Below are positions 10,125-21,545 of a DNA stretch of 64,000 bases, piece after piece. The stretch covers positions 512,001-576,000 of the forward strand of contig CAXWPJ010000012.1 in NCBI GenBank assembly GCA_963664115.2. Reading direction: 5' to 3'. The position numbers were made by a program, and so were the translations under genes. The first letter of the stretch is position 1. Every line of letters begins with the position of its first letter. This DNA comes from Terriglobia bacterium. GTDB lineage: Bacteria; Acidobacteriota; Terriglobia; 20CM-2-55-15. Under the pieces are notes generated by a model that worked only from the letters and a program-made list of their open reading frames with translations, had not been told where the DNA came from and searched no databases.

Positions 10125-11509
10125 GAGTTATTGTCAAAAGTGGTGTTTAGGAGATTGATTCAAGCGGCGGCCTGATCGACTTGTGTCGCTTCGACACCAT
10201 CGTTGAATTTCACTCCGATGATTACCTTGCTCAGATCATCGAATCCTCGTAATCGTCGCCAATTGTTCTCAGCGCACTGGCCCAGTTTGAACATCATGTG
10301 CAGCATGCCATCCCGTGTCAGGCAACCTCTGGATCGCTTCGTTCGGTGTCGAATGGTGGCAAAGGTCGACTCAATGGGATTCGTCGTTCTGATGCTCTGC
10401 CAGTGCTTGGCCGGAAAGTCGTAAAAGGCCAGCAGTTCCTCTCTGTCTTTCTGCAGGCAGAGTGTGGCTTTCGGATACTTCGGTTCATAGGTTTCAATGA
10501 ACAAGTCGAATGCCTTCTCGGCGTCTGCCTTCGTCTCGGCCTGCCAGATCGAGTGCAGGGCCTGTTTCGCCTTCGCCTGGACCGACTTGGGCAGGCAGTT
10601 GAGGACGTTCATGACTTTGTGCATCCAGCAACGTTGTTGACGTGTCTCGGGATAGATTTCCTCCAGTGCGGCCCAGAACCCCATCGCACCGTCACCGATG
10701 GCCAACTTCGGAACATTCATCCCACGGGACTTCAGCTTCAACAAGACCTCGCGCCAACTCTGTGTCGATTCCCGTACACCGTCTTCGATCGCCAGGAAAC
10801 GCTTCTCTCCGCGTTCATTCACGCCGATCACGACCAATGCACACAACTTGGTTTGTTCCGCCCGAAGTCCGCTGTAGATGCCGTCGGCCCAGACATAGAC
10901 CCAGCGATCTGCATCCAAACGCTCCTCGCATCCGAGGCGGTACTGTTCGCCCCAAACCTGTTTCAACCGCGATACCGTGCTCGCCGACAGACCCTGCGCC
11001 TGGGGACCGACAAGAACTTTTAGGGCCTCACCCATCTCGCCGCTGGAAACGCCTTTCAAATACAACCACGGCACCGCTGCTTCCAGCGACTTCGTCTTCC
11101 GAATGTACGGTGGTACCAGGGCCGATCGGAACGTCACAGCTTCGCCCGTCTTGGCACGGACCTTCGGGATTTGGACTGTTACCGGACCCAATCCCGTCTG
11201 CAGTTCGCGTTCCGGCAGATAACCGTTGCGTACCACCCCGGCGTTTCCTGTCTCAGTTCGCCGGCCACCGTGCTGGGATAGCAGCTCTGCCAATTCGGCT
11301 TCCACTGCGCGTTGGATCAGTTGCTGTGCCCCAACTCGTAGTAGTTCTGTTACTGGATCCTCAATCGTTTCTCGACCTTCCGGTCCATTCACGTTACTCT
11401 TGCTCACAGTGGCGTATCTCCTATGGTTGCTTTGAAGTTTTGTCACAACAAATCAACCAGATACGCCGCTCTTATTCAATCCCTCAAACACCAGATTCGG
11501 TTATAACTC
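10125..11509 (-). mobile_element. IS256-family IS (transposase 10160-11446)
   Basis: Terminal IRs GAGTTAT.../...ATAACTC; YVWADG, IGDGAMG, QRCWMH and TTNPIES motifs; no TSD. Confidence 0.95.
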
Positions 11510-11605
11510 GGCGGAAACAGCACGATGGTCCTATCCGATCGAGCAGAAAGCTGATAGCCTACCCGAAAATTTAGATCGGTTTAAGCACCCGTGGAGGATC
11601 ATTTC

Positions 11606-12646
11606 ATGGACTCACGAATCATCCAGATTGCAATCGCCTTGGCTGTGGCCGTCATGCTCTCTCCAATCGCAATGGCGCAGTCGGACGACACGATGGCCGT
11701 TGTCGATGGTGTGACCTTTAGCGAAGCCGACGTCAGGGCGGCAGCCGCCGCAGGGTTGGACAGACTCCTCACCCAGCGCGCGCAGTTCTTAGCCACCTCA
11801 AGAGCCGAAGAACATGCAATCCTCGAAGAAGCTCTGAAGGGCATGATCACCGACCGACTTCTGGAGACGGAAGTCGAGAATCGCGGTATTCCCTTGGACG
11901 AACTCGTGGCGCTCGAAGTTGCAGCGAACACGCCTGTGCCCACCGAAGAGGAAGTTCTATACTTTTACAACCTGAACCGCGAGTCGCTCTCTGGAGTTTC
12001 ACTGGAAGTGGGTCAGGCTCAGGTGCGAGATTTCCTGAGTCGACGAAACTACGATCAGACGCTGGAAAACTACATCGAGAGTCTGAGTGAAGAGCACGGG
12101 GCCCAGTCTTTTCTGGGTCCGTATCGATTCGATATCGAAACCGATGGCCACCCCTCGATCGGATCTCCGGACGCTCCTGTGACAATCGTCGAATTTTCAG
12201 ACTTCGAATGCCCGTTCTGCCGCCGGGCCGAGCCGGTCATCAAACAGATTCAGGAAGAGTATGGCGATCAGGTGCGGCTCGTGTACCGCCAGTTTCCGCT
12301 CAATGACATCCATCCCCGCGCCCAGAAAGCGGCCGAGGCGTCTCTGTGCGCCGATGAGCAGGGGCGGTTCTGGGATATGCATGATGCGCTATTTTTAGAA
12401 CCGGTGGAATTAGAGGTCGCCAGCCTCAGGGAGAAATCCGCCGCAATCGGCTTGGACACAGAAGCCTTCAACGCATGCCTCGAGTCATCCAAGTACGTGA
12501 ACCGCGTGCTCGCGGACGTCAGAGCGGGAATCCTCGCGGGCGTCAACGGCACTCCGACACTGTTCATCAACGGCCGTCCTGTTTCAGGCGCCCAGCCGAT
12601 TGAGTCCTACACCGAAATTATCGACGACGAACTGGACCTGAATTAA
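11606..12646 (+). CDS. DsbA-family thioredoxin-domain protein
   Basis: Signal peptide; EFSDFECPFC and GVNGTPTLFING. Confidence 0.9.
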   Translation: MDSRIIQIAIALAVAVMLSPIAMAQSDDTMAVVDGVTFSEADVRAAAAAGLDRLLTQRAQFLATSRAEEHAILEEALKGMITDRLLETEVENRGIPLDELVALEVAANTPVPTEEEVLYFYNLNRESLSGVSLEVGQAQVRDFLSRRNYDQTLENYIESLSEEHGAQSFLGPYRFDIETDGHPSIGSPDAPVTIVEFSDFECPFCRRAEPVIKQIQEEYGDQVRLVYRQFPLNDIHPRAQKAAEASLCADEQGRFWDMHDALFLEPVELEVASLREKSAAIGLDTEAFNACLESSKYVNRVLADVRAGILAGVNGTPTLFINGRPVSGAQPIESYTEIIDDELDLN

Positions 12647-13184
12647 GAAGACTGGCAGCCGTTTTTGGGAAGGCCCCTCGCTGGATGTCGCTCACCGCGA
12701 CCCACCCGGGAACCTCTGGACTCCAATAGCTTTCCAACCGGTCAATTAGCTCGTCCCCGCCCCCGGTCAGCCTCATCATGCCTCGATTCTTCCGCGAAAT
12801 GAAGTTCCCGCGTGGCCCACAAGAACTTTGATTTTCATCAGTAATCCTGCTTGATTTTTCTGGTTTTGAAGTCCGTATTCACCATCCCGAGAGCCGAATC
12901 ATCCCTTACGTTCAAGGATTTGACATCGGCAGACCCAGCATAACTATAATTCCAGTAAAACGCCTTGTTTTGTCGCACTTACCTCACCTTAAAAAGATTG
13001 CGATATGCGTTGACAGATGACATGGATTAGGGCAAAGTCGTAGGCCTTAGCAGTAGGACATTTGCCATTACTTTCCGAACTGGCCTCGACTCTTGGACGG
13101 ACCGAAGGCCTAAGTGGACCCCGCCTCACGGATGACGGCTCGGTCGAGAACCTTACAGTAGGACATCCAAATAAGGAACTGGTT

Positions 13185-15182
13185 ATGAAGATAAGATTCT
13201 TCCTTCCCGTGCTTGTCATCTTGTTGTTGTTGGTAGTGCCAACGGTGCTTCAGGCACAGATCACAGCCGACTTTAAGTTCTGGGACGTGGGGTTGGGCGC
13301 GCCTGACTTTGGCTGGGATCCAAACCAAAGCGTTGCCGATGTGGGCGGCTTGACAAGCCACTTCAGCACCACGGACCTGACGATCGCCTCGGTGTACGAG
13401 AACACGTTCTGCCCGGGCGGCCCATGTGGCGTCACCTACTGGCAACCCGATACGAACCAGTTCCGGTGCTACGGTTATTCCAGTGGAGCCATGACAGGTG
13501 TGGACATCAACCAGTCGGCCCCGGTCGTGACCGATGGCGGGGGGCAGGTCTTCCAGCCCGGTGACACCTGGCTCTTCAAGAGCAGTTTCAGGTCGCTGGG
13601 CTCGGACCCGACACCAGGTTGCAGCGGCGCCTGCTCCCTCACCGTGCACTTCAAGGGTACAGACAAATTCCGATCGTGGGAAGCCGGTACCGGCGTTCTG
13701 GGTGGGAAAGTGAACCAGGTGACGGGCGAGGTCTGGTATGCGGATCAGGGTCCGGGTGTTGTGGGGCTTTTCAAGCCCCTGGACAATAAGGTTCTGCGCT
13801 GGGCCACGGGAGGCACGCCTCAGTTCATCGTGACGGACGACCTTGGCCGTGCTTATGTAACGAACGGAACACAGGATGCCGTTGTCCGCATCGATCCCAT
13901 TACGAACGAAGTCAGGACCTGGGTTGCGCCCGGTCTTGGACTTCGAGGTAGCGCGTCATTTTTCAACGCGGATGGAATTACGATCGACGCCGACGGCAAC
14001 ATCTGGTTCAGCGAAACCGATACAAGCCAGATTGCCCGTTTGAATCCCGTGAGCAACGAGATCTGCGAATACACGAATAGTGAGGTTGGCGAGCCACGTA
14101 AAATCGCGGTGTCCGGCAGCACTGTGGGCCTCGACAAGCAGGTATTTTTCACCAACGGCTTCAACGACGGCATTGGACCTGCGCCTGCCCCTCCTGCGCC
14201 TGCCTCTCCTGGCGCCGTTAGCATATTGACCGAGCCTGAAGCCGACTTGTTAGGTGCGGCGAATCGTGTCTGCACACCAGTTACTCCGACGATTGCAACG
14301 ATTGCTCCCACCTTGACGGACCTTCCTTTCTTCGATCGCCTTCAAACGGCGGCGGTCAAAGAGATTACGCCGACAACGGCCACGGTTACGGGAACCGACG
14401 GAGGCATAGCCGGAAGTGGGGCAACTGTGACCGATCCCGGCGGCCTTTCTATTCCGCCGATCCTTAGATTCGAGATTCCGAGTCCGCACTACAATCCGAT
14501 CGGTATGACCGAGGTCGCGGCAGCGAGCACGGTTTTTGGTAGTTTGATCGGTTCGGACGATCAGTTCCAGATGACCAGCAGCGCCATCATCGCGCCGCCG
14601 ACCGACACGGACACCGATGACGATGGTATCCCGGACGACGAAGATAACTGTCCGTTGACGCCAAACCCCTTGCAGGTGGACCTTGACGGGGATGGTGTCG
14701 GCGATGATTGTGATAATTGTCCCACGACAGCCAATGCGGACCAGTTGGATCTGGATGGCGACGGCTTTGGCGACGATTGCGATCTGTGTAAATTCGATCC
14801 GGACAACGACGCCGATGGTGACTCAATTTGCGGAGATACTGACATCTGTGCGGCGACGGCTATTCCCGAAAGCGTCCCGACAGACAGGCTGGGTACGAAC
14901 CGATTCGCCCAGACCGACGCAAGCCCGGCATTCGAAACGACCGCGCCGAAGGGCGGTGGGAAGGGTCCGCGGAAGTCGTTCAGCATCGCCGATACCCGCG
15001 GATGCAGTTGCGAGCAGATCATCACGGTTCTGGATCTCGGCAACGGTCACACCAAGTTCGGCTGCAGTATCAGTGCGATGGAAGACTTTGTCGCCCTGGT
15101 GGATGCCGGCACCTTTGATGACAAGTTGGGTGGGGAAGAACTCACCTTGACCGAATTGATGTTCTGCGCGGCCAGCCACTGA
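13185..15182 (+). CDS. Secreted beta-propeller protein with thrombospondin type-3 repeats
   Basis: Signal peptide from ATG 13185 (AAGGA RBS); GITIDADGNIWFSE; DxDxDGxxDxxDNCP repeats. Confidence 0.85.
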   Translation: MKIRFFLPVLVILLLLVVPTVLQAQITADFKFWDVGLGAPDFGWDPNQSVADVGGLTSHFSTTDLTIASVYENTFCPGGPCGVTYWQPDTNQFRCYGYSSGAMTGVDINQSAPVVTDGGGQVFQPGDTWLFKSSFRSLGSDPTPGCSGACSLTVHFKGTDKFRSWEAGTGVLGGKVNQVTGEVWYADQGPGVVGLFKPLDNKVLRWATGGTPQFIVTDDLGRAYVTNGTQDAVVRIDPITNEVRTWVAPGLGLRGSASFFNADGITIDADGNIWFSETDTSQIARLNPVSNEICEYTNSEVGEPRKIAVSGSTVGLDKQVFFTNGFNDGIGPAPAPPAPASPGAVSILTEPEADLLGAANRVCTPVTPTIATIAPTLTDLPFFDRLQTAAVKEITPTTATVTGTDGGIAGSGATVTDPGGLSIPPILRFEIPSPHYNPIGMTEVAAASTVFGSLIGSDDQFQMTSSAIIAPPTDTDTDDDGIPDDEDNCPLTPNPLQVDLDGDGVGDDCDNCPTTANADQLDLDGDGFGDDCDLCKFDPDNDADGDSICGDTDICAATAIPESVPTDRLGTNRFAQTDASPAFETTAPKGGGKGPRKSFSIADTRGCSCEQIITVLDLGNGHTKFGCSISAMEDFVALVDAGTFDDKLGGEELTLTELMFCAASH

Positions 15183-15203
15183 CATTTTCGTTGGTTGGTT
15201 CGT

Positions 15204-15256
15204 GAAAAACAGGGGAGGGACGGGTTTTAGTCGGCCCGTGCTTCCCCTTTGTTTTC
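15204..15256 (+). terminator. Probable intrinsic terminator
   Basis: Imperfect inverted repeat GAAAAACAGGGGA...TCCCCTTTGTTTTC just after stop 15182. Confidence 0.5.
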
Positions 15257-15283
15257 GGTCGACGATTTCTTACGATCAAGGGC

Positions 15284-16639
15284 GTGATGAATTATTCCTC
15301 TAGAAACGTCGCCACCTCTCTGCAGGTGGTCGTTCTTTCAGTGTTAACGGTTTTTTTCGCGGGCAGTTCACTCATGCCGGCGAGCATGGGCCGGCAGGGG
15401 CCCGATCAAGTGGCCGCGCCGGTCCCCCCGTTCACCGCCCCCGTCCTCCTGATGGACACGGAAAGCGCCGAACCCCTTCTGGAAGACCTGTCGGTGCGTT
15501 TCGTGGACGCCCGGGATCCATTCGAGTACCAGCGGGGCCACCTTCCCGGCGCTGTCAGTCTTCCGGTGAGCGCCTTTGTCAATACCGAGAGTCGTATCCG
15601 GGGCGAGTTGATGTCTGCCGAAAGGCTCGCTTTGCGAATCGCAGTACGCGGCATCGGCCGCGACGCGCACGTTGTCGTCTACGATGCCCAGGGAGGGCGC
15701 CTGGCGGCTCGCATCGTGTGGATACTTCATTACCTCGGGCATCCGCTCGTAAGTGTACTGGAGGGCGGTCTGACGAAATGGCAGGCCGAAGGGCGTCGGG
15801 TCACACAAGAAATCTTCCCTATCGAACGGGAATCCTTCCCCGTGGATCTTGTGCCGAGACGGATTGCGAACGCCGATTGGGTTCTGGATCACCTCGATGA
15901 TCCGGATGTGGTCCTCATCGATGCGCGGACGGAAGATCTTTTTGACCGGGATCATATCCCGGGTGCCGTCAACCTGTTCTGGCAGCGTTTTCTGAATCCC
16001 GAGATGACGTGGTGGCAACCGACCGAGGTACTCGAGGCGATGCTGGAAGAGGCGGGTGTCACTAAGGACAAAGAAATCGTGATCTATTCGGAGATCGGTG
16101 AAACAAATGCGCTGCCCTACCTCGTCCTTCGAGCGATGGGTTACCCACGTGTCCGAAGTTACGAACGCGGTTGGGCCGAGTGGGAAACTGACGTGTCGCT
16201 TCCTCGCGCTGGAAAGGCGTCCCCTCCGGTGCAGCTCCTGCGTGCGGCTTTCCGCGCCAACCGGTGCGCGAACTGTCATCGATTGTTACCGCGGGCCGAC
16301 TTCATGCGGCCGCGGCCGCGTGGTGAAATCCAAACGTGTTCCTCCGCCTGCCATACGCTTCCCTCTTCTGCAGCTCCCAGTCAGCTTGTGTTCGAGGAGG
16401 CCGTGGCGTCTGCCAGGTCGGGAACCGGCTGTAGCTTGCTCATGGGCAAGATCGGAACGATGGCCACGATGGAACCCCATGCGGCGGAACTGGCGATGGA
16501 CGCTTTTGTGGACCATGGGTGTGCGCGGTGTCACGAGACTGGGAGTGGGAATGCGACCGACGCGAAGTTGAACGCGATCGGTCTGGGATTTCAGGACCAG
16601 AATCTGGATTGTCTGGACATGATGTTCGTAATGAATTGA
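15284..16639 (+). CDS. Tandem-rhodanese sulfurtransferase fused to a c-type heme domain
   Basis: DAR...GHLPGA and DAR...DHIPGA rhodanese domains; C-terminal CANCH, CSSACH and CARCH. Confidence 0.85.
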   Translation: MMNYSSRNVATSLQVVVLSVLTVFFAGSSLMPASMGRQGPDQVAAPVPPFTAPVLLMDTESAEPLLEDLSVRFVDARDPFEYQRGHLPGAVSLPVSAFVNTESRIRGELMSAERLALRIAVRGIGRDAHVVVYDAQGGRLAARIVWILHYLGHPLVSVLEGGLTKWQAEGRRVTQEIFPIERESFPVDLVPRRIANADWVLDHLDDPDVVLIDARTEDLFDRDHIPGAVNLFWQRFLNPEMTWWQPTEVLEAMLEEAGVTKDKEIVIYSEIGETNALPYLVLRAMGYPRVRSYERGWAEWETDVSLPRAGKASPPVQLLRAAFRANRCANCHRLLPRADFMRPRPRGEIQTCSSACHTLPSSAAPSQLVFEEAVASARSGTGCSLLMGKIGTMATMEPHAAELAMDAFVDHGCARCHETGSGNATDAKLNAIGLGFQDQNLDCLDMMFVMN

Positions 16640-16670
16640 CGCGAAGTAGAAAACGAGAGGAGATGGTAGG

Positions 16671-17684
16671 ATGACCGGCCTGAAGAATAGATTCTCCTGC
16701 GTGGCCTTGATCGCGTCTATGGTTCTTGCCACTACAGTTTCGATGCCGGCGAAGTCTTTCGCCCAAGGGGGATGTGGCGCCTTTTGTCTCCCTCAGGAAC
16801 TGTTCAATCAGGGCGGGTCCGCTTCGGACTTCAGTCGGTTTCGGTTTCTCCTCAACAACGAATACGTGGATCTGGACGGCTACTACGAGGGATCCGATCC
16901 GATCGCGAACCCCAGTCAAGCTGCCGCGATCATCAATATAACGACATTCGATGTGAACGTCGCATTGACCGAGCGATGGTCGGTTGATGCTCTTGTGCCG
17001 TGGATCCGGAAGACTCAGAACAATCGCCGTTTTGGACAGCGTCGTGCCGATGGTGTGGGTGATATTGCGATAATCAACAATATTTCACTGGTGGCTCCGC
17101 TCTCCGCCGACCGGATTTCCGTACGAGTGGGCCTTAAGTTCGCCACCGGGGACATTGAAGAGCCCAGCGCGACCAATAAGCTGCCGAATCCGTTCCAGAC
17201 GGGTTCCGGCGCTGAAGACTTCCTTGTCGGGTTGAACTATTTCCGGTCGCTGGGGCGTGTGCGCGTCTACGGAAATTGGATGTCCCGATTGCCGCTCACC
17301 GAGAACAAGTTCTATTACACATTTGGAAACGAGCATCGCATTCAGGGTGGAGTCGAGATTCCCCTGGCACAGACCACACGTGCAGGGTTTGAAGCACTCC
17401 TCGGAATTGCAACGAACTTCATGGGTCACGACCAGACTCAGAGTGGCGACGTTCCTGCGCGCTTGCTCGACGGAGAAACCGTGTTGAACACCGGAGGGAA
17501 CTGGGTGGATTTCACGCCGGGACTTCGTGTGAATCTGGCAAGAGGGTGGTTTGCCCAGGGCCGGGTCCACATTCCGATGTACGAAGACTGGCATGGAGAG
17601 CGGTCCCGTGGTGTGGGCCAGGTTCGGCCTGGCAGCCGATTGCAATTGACGGTTGGCCTTGACCTCAGGCCGTCGCAACGTTAA
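16671..17684 (+). CDS. Putative outer-membrane beta-barrel (MetA-pathway/transporter-like)
   Basis: Signal peptide; CGAFC near the N-terminus; GVGDI, GLKFATG and QTGSGA motifs. Confidence 0.65.
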   Translation: MTGLKNRFSCVALIASMVLATTVSMPAKSFAQGGCGAFCLPQELFNQGGSASDFSRFRFLLNNEYVDLDGYYEGSDPIANPSQAAAIINITTFDVNVALTERWSVDALVPWIRKTQNNRRFGQRRADGVGDIAIINNISLVAPLSADRISVRVGLKFATGDIEEPSATNKLPNPFQTGSGAEDFLVGLNYFRSLGRVRVYGNWMSRLPLTENKFYYTFGNEHRIQGGVEIPLAQTTRAGFEALLGIATNFMGHDQTQSGDVPARLLDGETVLNTGGNWVDFTPGLRVNLARGWFAQGRVHIPMYEDWHGERSRGVGQVRPGSRLQLTVGLDLRPSQR

Positions 17685-17690
17685 GTAGGG

Positions 17691-18624
17691 GTGAGGGATA
17701 TGCCTAGAGGTTCCGTTATGTGTATGGACAGGAATTGGAATACGTTGCTGTGGGGCCTTGTCCTGGCGCTTGTCGCACCTGTGCTTGCTTATGGCCAGGA
17801 GGCCCATATAGAAGACGCGTTCGGGATTGATGTGAATGCACCTGAACTCACCCCGGAGGAGATGCGGGCGGTCGAGTACCTCCAGGAAGATTGGGACAGG
17901 GAATTCAGAGTGACAGCTGTCGATCAGGCGATGGGCGCGGTGGGTTTGCCGCCGTCTGCGGAAACCCGATTTCGAATTGGCGATTATCTTCGAGCTCACC
18001 CGGAGACACACAAGGCCCTGAGGGACTGGGGATGGATGACGATCGTACTGACGCCGCACGAAAAATTGATTGCACGACTTACGATCGATGCAGAACGGAC
18101 CGGAGGGGACTTTCCGAGTCTCACATATCTAGCTGATTTAATCGGAATTGAAGAGGGCGCAGTGTCTGACGGCTTCGCGATGCTCGAACGCTGGGGCATG
18201 CTGAAACGAGACGCGAGTTTGCCGGCCCCGGGGGTATCGTGCCACTTCCGAAAGCTATCTGAACTGGGAACCTCGCCTGGATTTTCTCTACCACACCGTC
18301 CAGCGCTCCGACGGAACAGCATTCAATATATTCTGTGCCGGTGACTTCATGATACTGGCCGTAAACGAATTGTCTGAAGAGCGGCTGGTGATTGAGGATT
18401 CTTCGCTGCTTGACGGACGACCGATTCGTATCGAAATCGACCGGGGCGAACTTGTCAATCTCGAACCCCGGGCGACGGTGATCTTCCTGGGTGGTGGCTG
18501 AGGGTTTACGAACCTCTTCAGTTCTGAAGGGGCATTGAGACAGTGGCTCCTACGGAATCCCGACCTTGAGGAAATGCCGTTCTTTCCGGTCCAAAGAGTG
18601 TTCCAGTTTCTCTTGAACCCGTAA
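17691..18624 (+). CDS. MerB-like protein, candidate selenoprotein (one frameshift near 18230; in-frame TGA at 18499)
   Basis: Alternative frame reads FNIFCAGD...DGRPIRIEI...FLGGG*GFTNLF and stays open to TAA 18624. Confidence 0.65.
18513..18532 (+). promoter_or_regulatory. Candidate bacterial SECIS hairpin
   Basis: CCTCTTCA-GTTC-TGAAGGGG stem-loop, 11 nt after the TGA, with a loop starting GU. Confidence 0.6.
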
Positions 18625-18864
18625 GTTAGATTTAGACTTCAGAGGAACAACGGCTGTCCCGTTTCGGACGCCCAGCCGTTTGTGTCGTACGCCGCGCTTA
18701 TCGACGACGAACTGGACTTGAACCGACAAGAGAAGTAACGGCGCCGTTGCCGTCAAGACGCTGCATGATGAAGCCCTCACCACCGAATAGTCCTGCGCCC
18801 AGCCGTCGCCGGAACGCAATGCCATTCGACACACCCTTCGCTGCGGCAAGAAACGTGTCCTTTT

Positions 18865-18985
18865 GCGTGATGAATTGGCCGGCGAACGTACCATCCCAAA
18901 ATATATAGACCTCAATATTGATACTGCTACCGGCCTGTCGCATCGCCTTGAGTTCGGCGGGATAAAACGTTCCACCGTCGGTGAG
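18865..18985 (-). pseudogene. Fragment of a cardiolipin synthase/PLD-like gene
   Basis: LTDGGTFYPAELKAMRQAGSSINIEVYIFWDG; abuts a 12-bp IS3 left-end stub TGTAGCCCGTCA at 18986. Confidence 0.6.
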
Positions 18986-19619
18986 TGTAGCCCGTCATGC
19001 GTCGGGTAATGGCACGGCTCACAGTGGCGCGGAAAATTGCCCCGATTCGTTAGTCATGTGGAAGAAACGAGACCCGTTTAGTCCGAAGACACTGAACTGG
19101 GTGGCATAGCCGTTTCGAGACTTCTGCCGGCAGCGCGATGACTTCGACAGCTCGTCGTTGGTGCGTTTCGGATCAATACTTTCAAGGGTGAGGATCCGAT
19201 AAGCGGTTGGCACACGGCTTTGGCCGAAGGCCCATCAAATACTTTACCCCCCCTCGCACGACCTGGAAAAGCGATAGCCCTCGAGGCTCAGATAGAACCG
19301 TGGTCGGCAACACACGACCCCATTGCGCTTTTCAGTTTCTCTAAACTCAACTACGTGGTGACCGTGGATCGAATTCTCTGCGACGCAGGATCAACAGTTA
19401 GTTTCAACGGAGACAGGGGCTCGCTGCCACACAGTATGTCGGCACTGGCGGCTCGTTCGGCGGAGAGCTGTTTTTCTTGACAACCCCTTCCATAGAACCG
19501 CTGATCCGCGATTCCAGCGTTGGACAATGTTGGTGATTTGGGAAAAAAGGCCTGCTTCGCAAGGAGCAGGCCTTTATTGCCTTCATCTATAAACTACTGC
19601 GTACGGTATCACTCGCTTA

Positions 19620-20899
19620 TCAGTGAAAGTTACCACTCGCCAGATTGAACACATGTTTAAAGGGACCCATGTCAATATCGAACGTGCTGACAAACGATCC
19701 GGTGCCGTCGCCAAACATCACTCGGACATTGTGGTGTCGGATGGACAAGTCAAAATTACTGAAAGCAAGATCCTTGATGCCATCTTCATTCCAATCGACC
19801 ACGACAACTTCGTTAGGCGCTGTGCTAAGCGGTATAAAATCAGCCGGGTAGTCGGTGGCAACAAAGTTGCCCACGCCATCGTTGAGATGAACCACAACAA
19901 ACGAAATACTGATTCCGTCATGGCTGACAGTCACGAGGTCCGCGTCGCCATCCCCGTCCAGGTCACTTGCGAGTTGCAAGAACTCACTCCGGGTGCCATT
20001 CGGAGTTGCAAGAACTCACTCCGGGTGCCAACGAGTGTGGGCGGTGTGAACGTGCCGTCTCCATTGCCCCAGAACAGACGGAGACTGCTGAAGCCTAGGG
20101 AGCCACTGGCAATATCAAGATTACCATCGCCGTTAAAGTCACCGACCTGAGCGCCGTTCGTACCAATGCCAATGTTAGTTGGACCTCCGAATGTACCTGA
20201 ATTTACGCCCAAATTTTCGAAATAGCGTAACTCGTTGCAGCAGCCTACACCCGCGTGTGCCGCAAGGTCCACGTCGCCATCATTGTCGAAATCACCCGAC
20301 GTGATGTCGCGCGACCCACCGACGTTGACATGTTGCTGAGACAAGGCGCCACCGGCCCCATCACCCAGTACAACTGTCAGATGGTGTGCGCGTGTGACTG
20401 CATAATCCACATTGCCGTCTCCGTTGAAATCGTCCACGGTCATGTCCCAGGCCCAGGAATTGGGAATTTCATTACACTCTCGATTCAATACACCTCCACC
20501 GGAGAGGTCAATGAAGAGATCTATGAAAGGTAGACCGGTAAAGATACCTGTCCCGTCATTGATGAAAGCCCTGATCTGTAGGTCGATTAAAGCTGAAGCA
20601 GGTCCGATTATCGCCCGCAAACATGACAACATAATCGTCTATGCCATCTTTGTTAACGTCCACCACCCGGGTTTCCGCTGCGAAAAAATCCCCTGAGAAG
20701 GCCTGGGGAATGTTGCTGAAAACACCGCCAGACCCATCACCCAGAATGACACTCAAATCGTCAGCGCCCAGGTAATGGAAACCCCTGCCGGGACTCGCTA
20801 CCAGGTCAGTCCCCACGACCTCACCAGAACCCGCACAGTGCGGATTCTTTTCCGGCGCCTTACCCTGGGAGACTTCGCAGGCCGGCACGGAGTGTTCAT
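19620..20899 (-). pseudogene. FG-GAP/VCBS repeat protein, frameshifted
   Basis: DFNGDGNxD repeats spread over three frames; tandem duplication with 32-nt period at 19971-20030. Confidence 0.8.
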
Positions 20900-20948
20900 G
20901 ACCCTTCGCTTTACCCTTCCCGTTTCCCTGTGCAAATGCCGTAGTAAC

Positions 20949-21545
20949 TGTAGCCCGTCAGAGCATTTCGTACGAAATACCCTAAAAAACTAAGAGACAC
21001 TTTTCTAATCAGAACGATCTGAAGGAGGATCGAATGAAAGAGAAAGTGTCGGCAGAGAATCGGGTACGAGAGATTCGTCGAAAGACGCGCAAGAAGTACT
21101 CGTCTGAGGAGAAAGTGCGGATCGTGTTGGAAGGGTTGCGAGGCGAAGAGAGCATCGCAGAACCGTGCCGACGCGAAGGGATTCTGTCAAATCTGTATTA
21201 CCGGTGGAGCAAGGACTTCCTGGAGGCCGGAAAGAAACGACTGGCCGGGGACACGAAGCGGGAAGCCACGTCGAGTGAAGTCACCGAATTGCGCCAGGAG
21301 AACGACCAGTTGAAGCAGGTGGTGGCCGAAATACTGCTGAAGAATCGTTTTCTAAAAAAAACGCTGAACGTAGTGGACTCCGAGAGCATCGATATATGAG
21401 GCAATCGGGATCTGAGAAGCTGGAGACGATCCGGCTGGTCGAAGACTCGGAGTTGTCGGTGACAGCGACCCTCCGGGAGCTGGGCGTCCCCCGCAGCACG
21501 TTCTACGGTTGGTATCGACGATACAAAGAGCGTGGCGCAGCCGGC
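20949..21545 (+). mobile_element. Truncated IS3-family copy (left end, orfA, start of orfB)
   Basis: Left end TGTAGCCCGTCAGA; cut by the next copy. Confidence 0.9.

Noticed and set aside
13020-13160. Possible c-di-GMP riboswitch upstream of the TSP3-repeat gene
   Set aside because: Only scattered words (GGCAAA, GGCCTAAG) match; no coherent two-stem structure by eye. An Rfam scan is needed.
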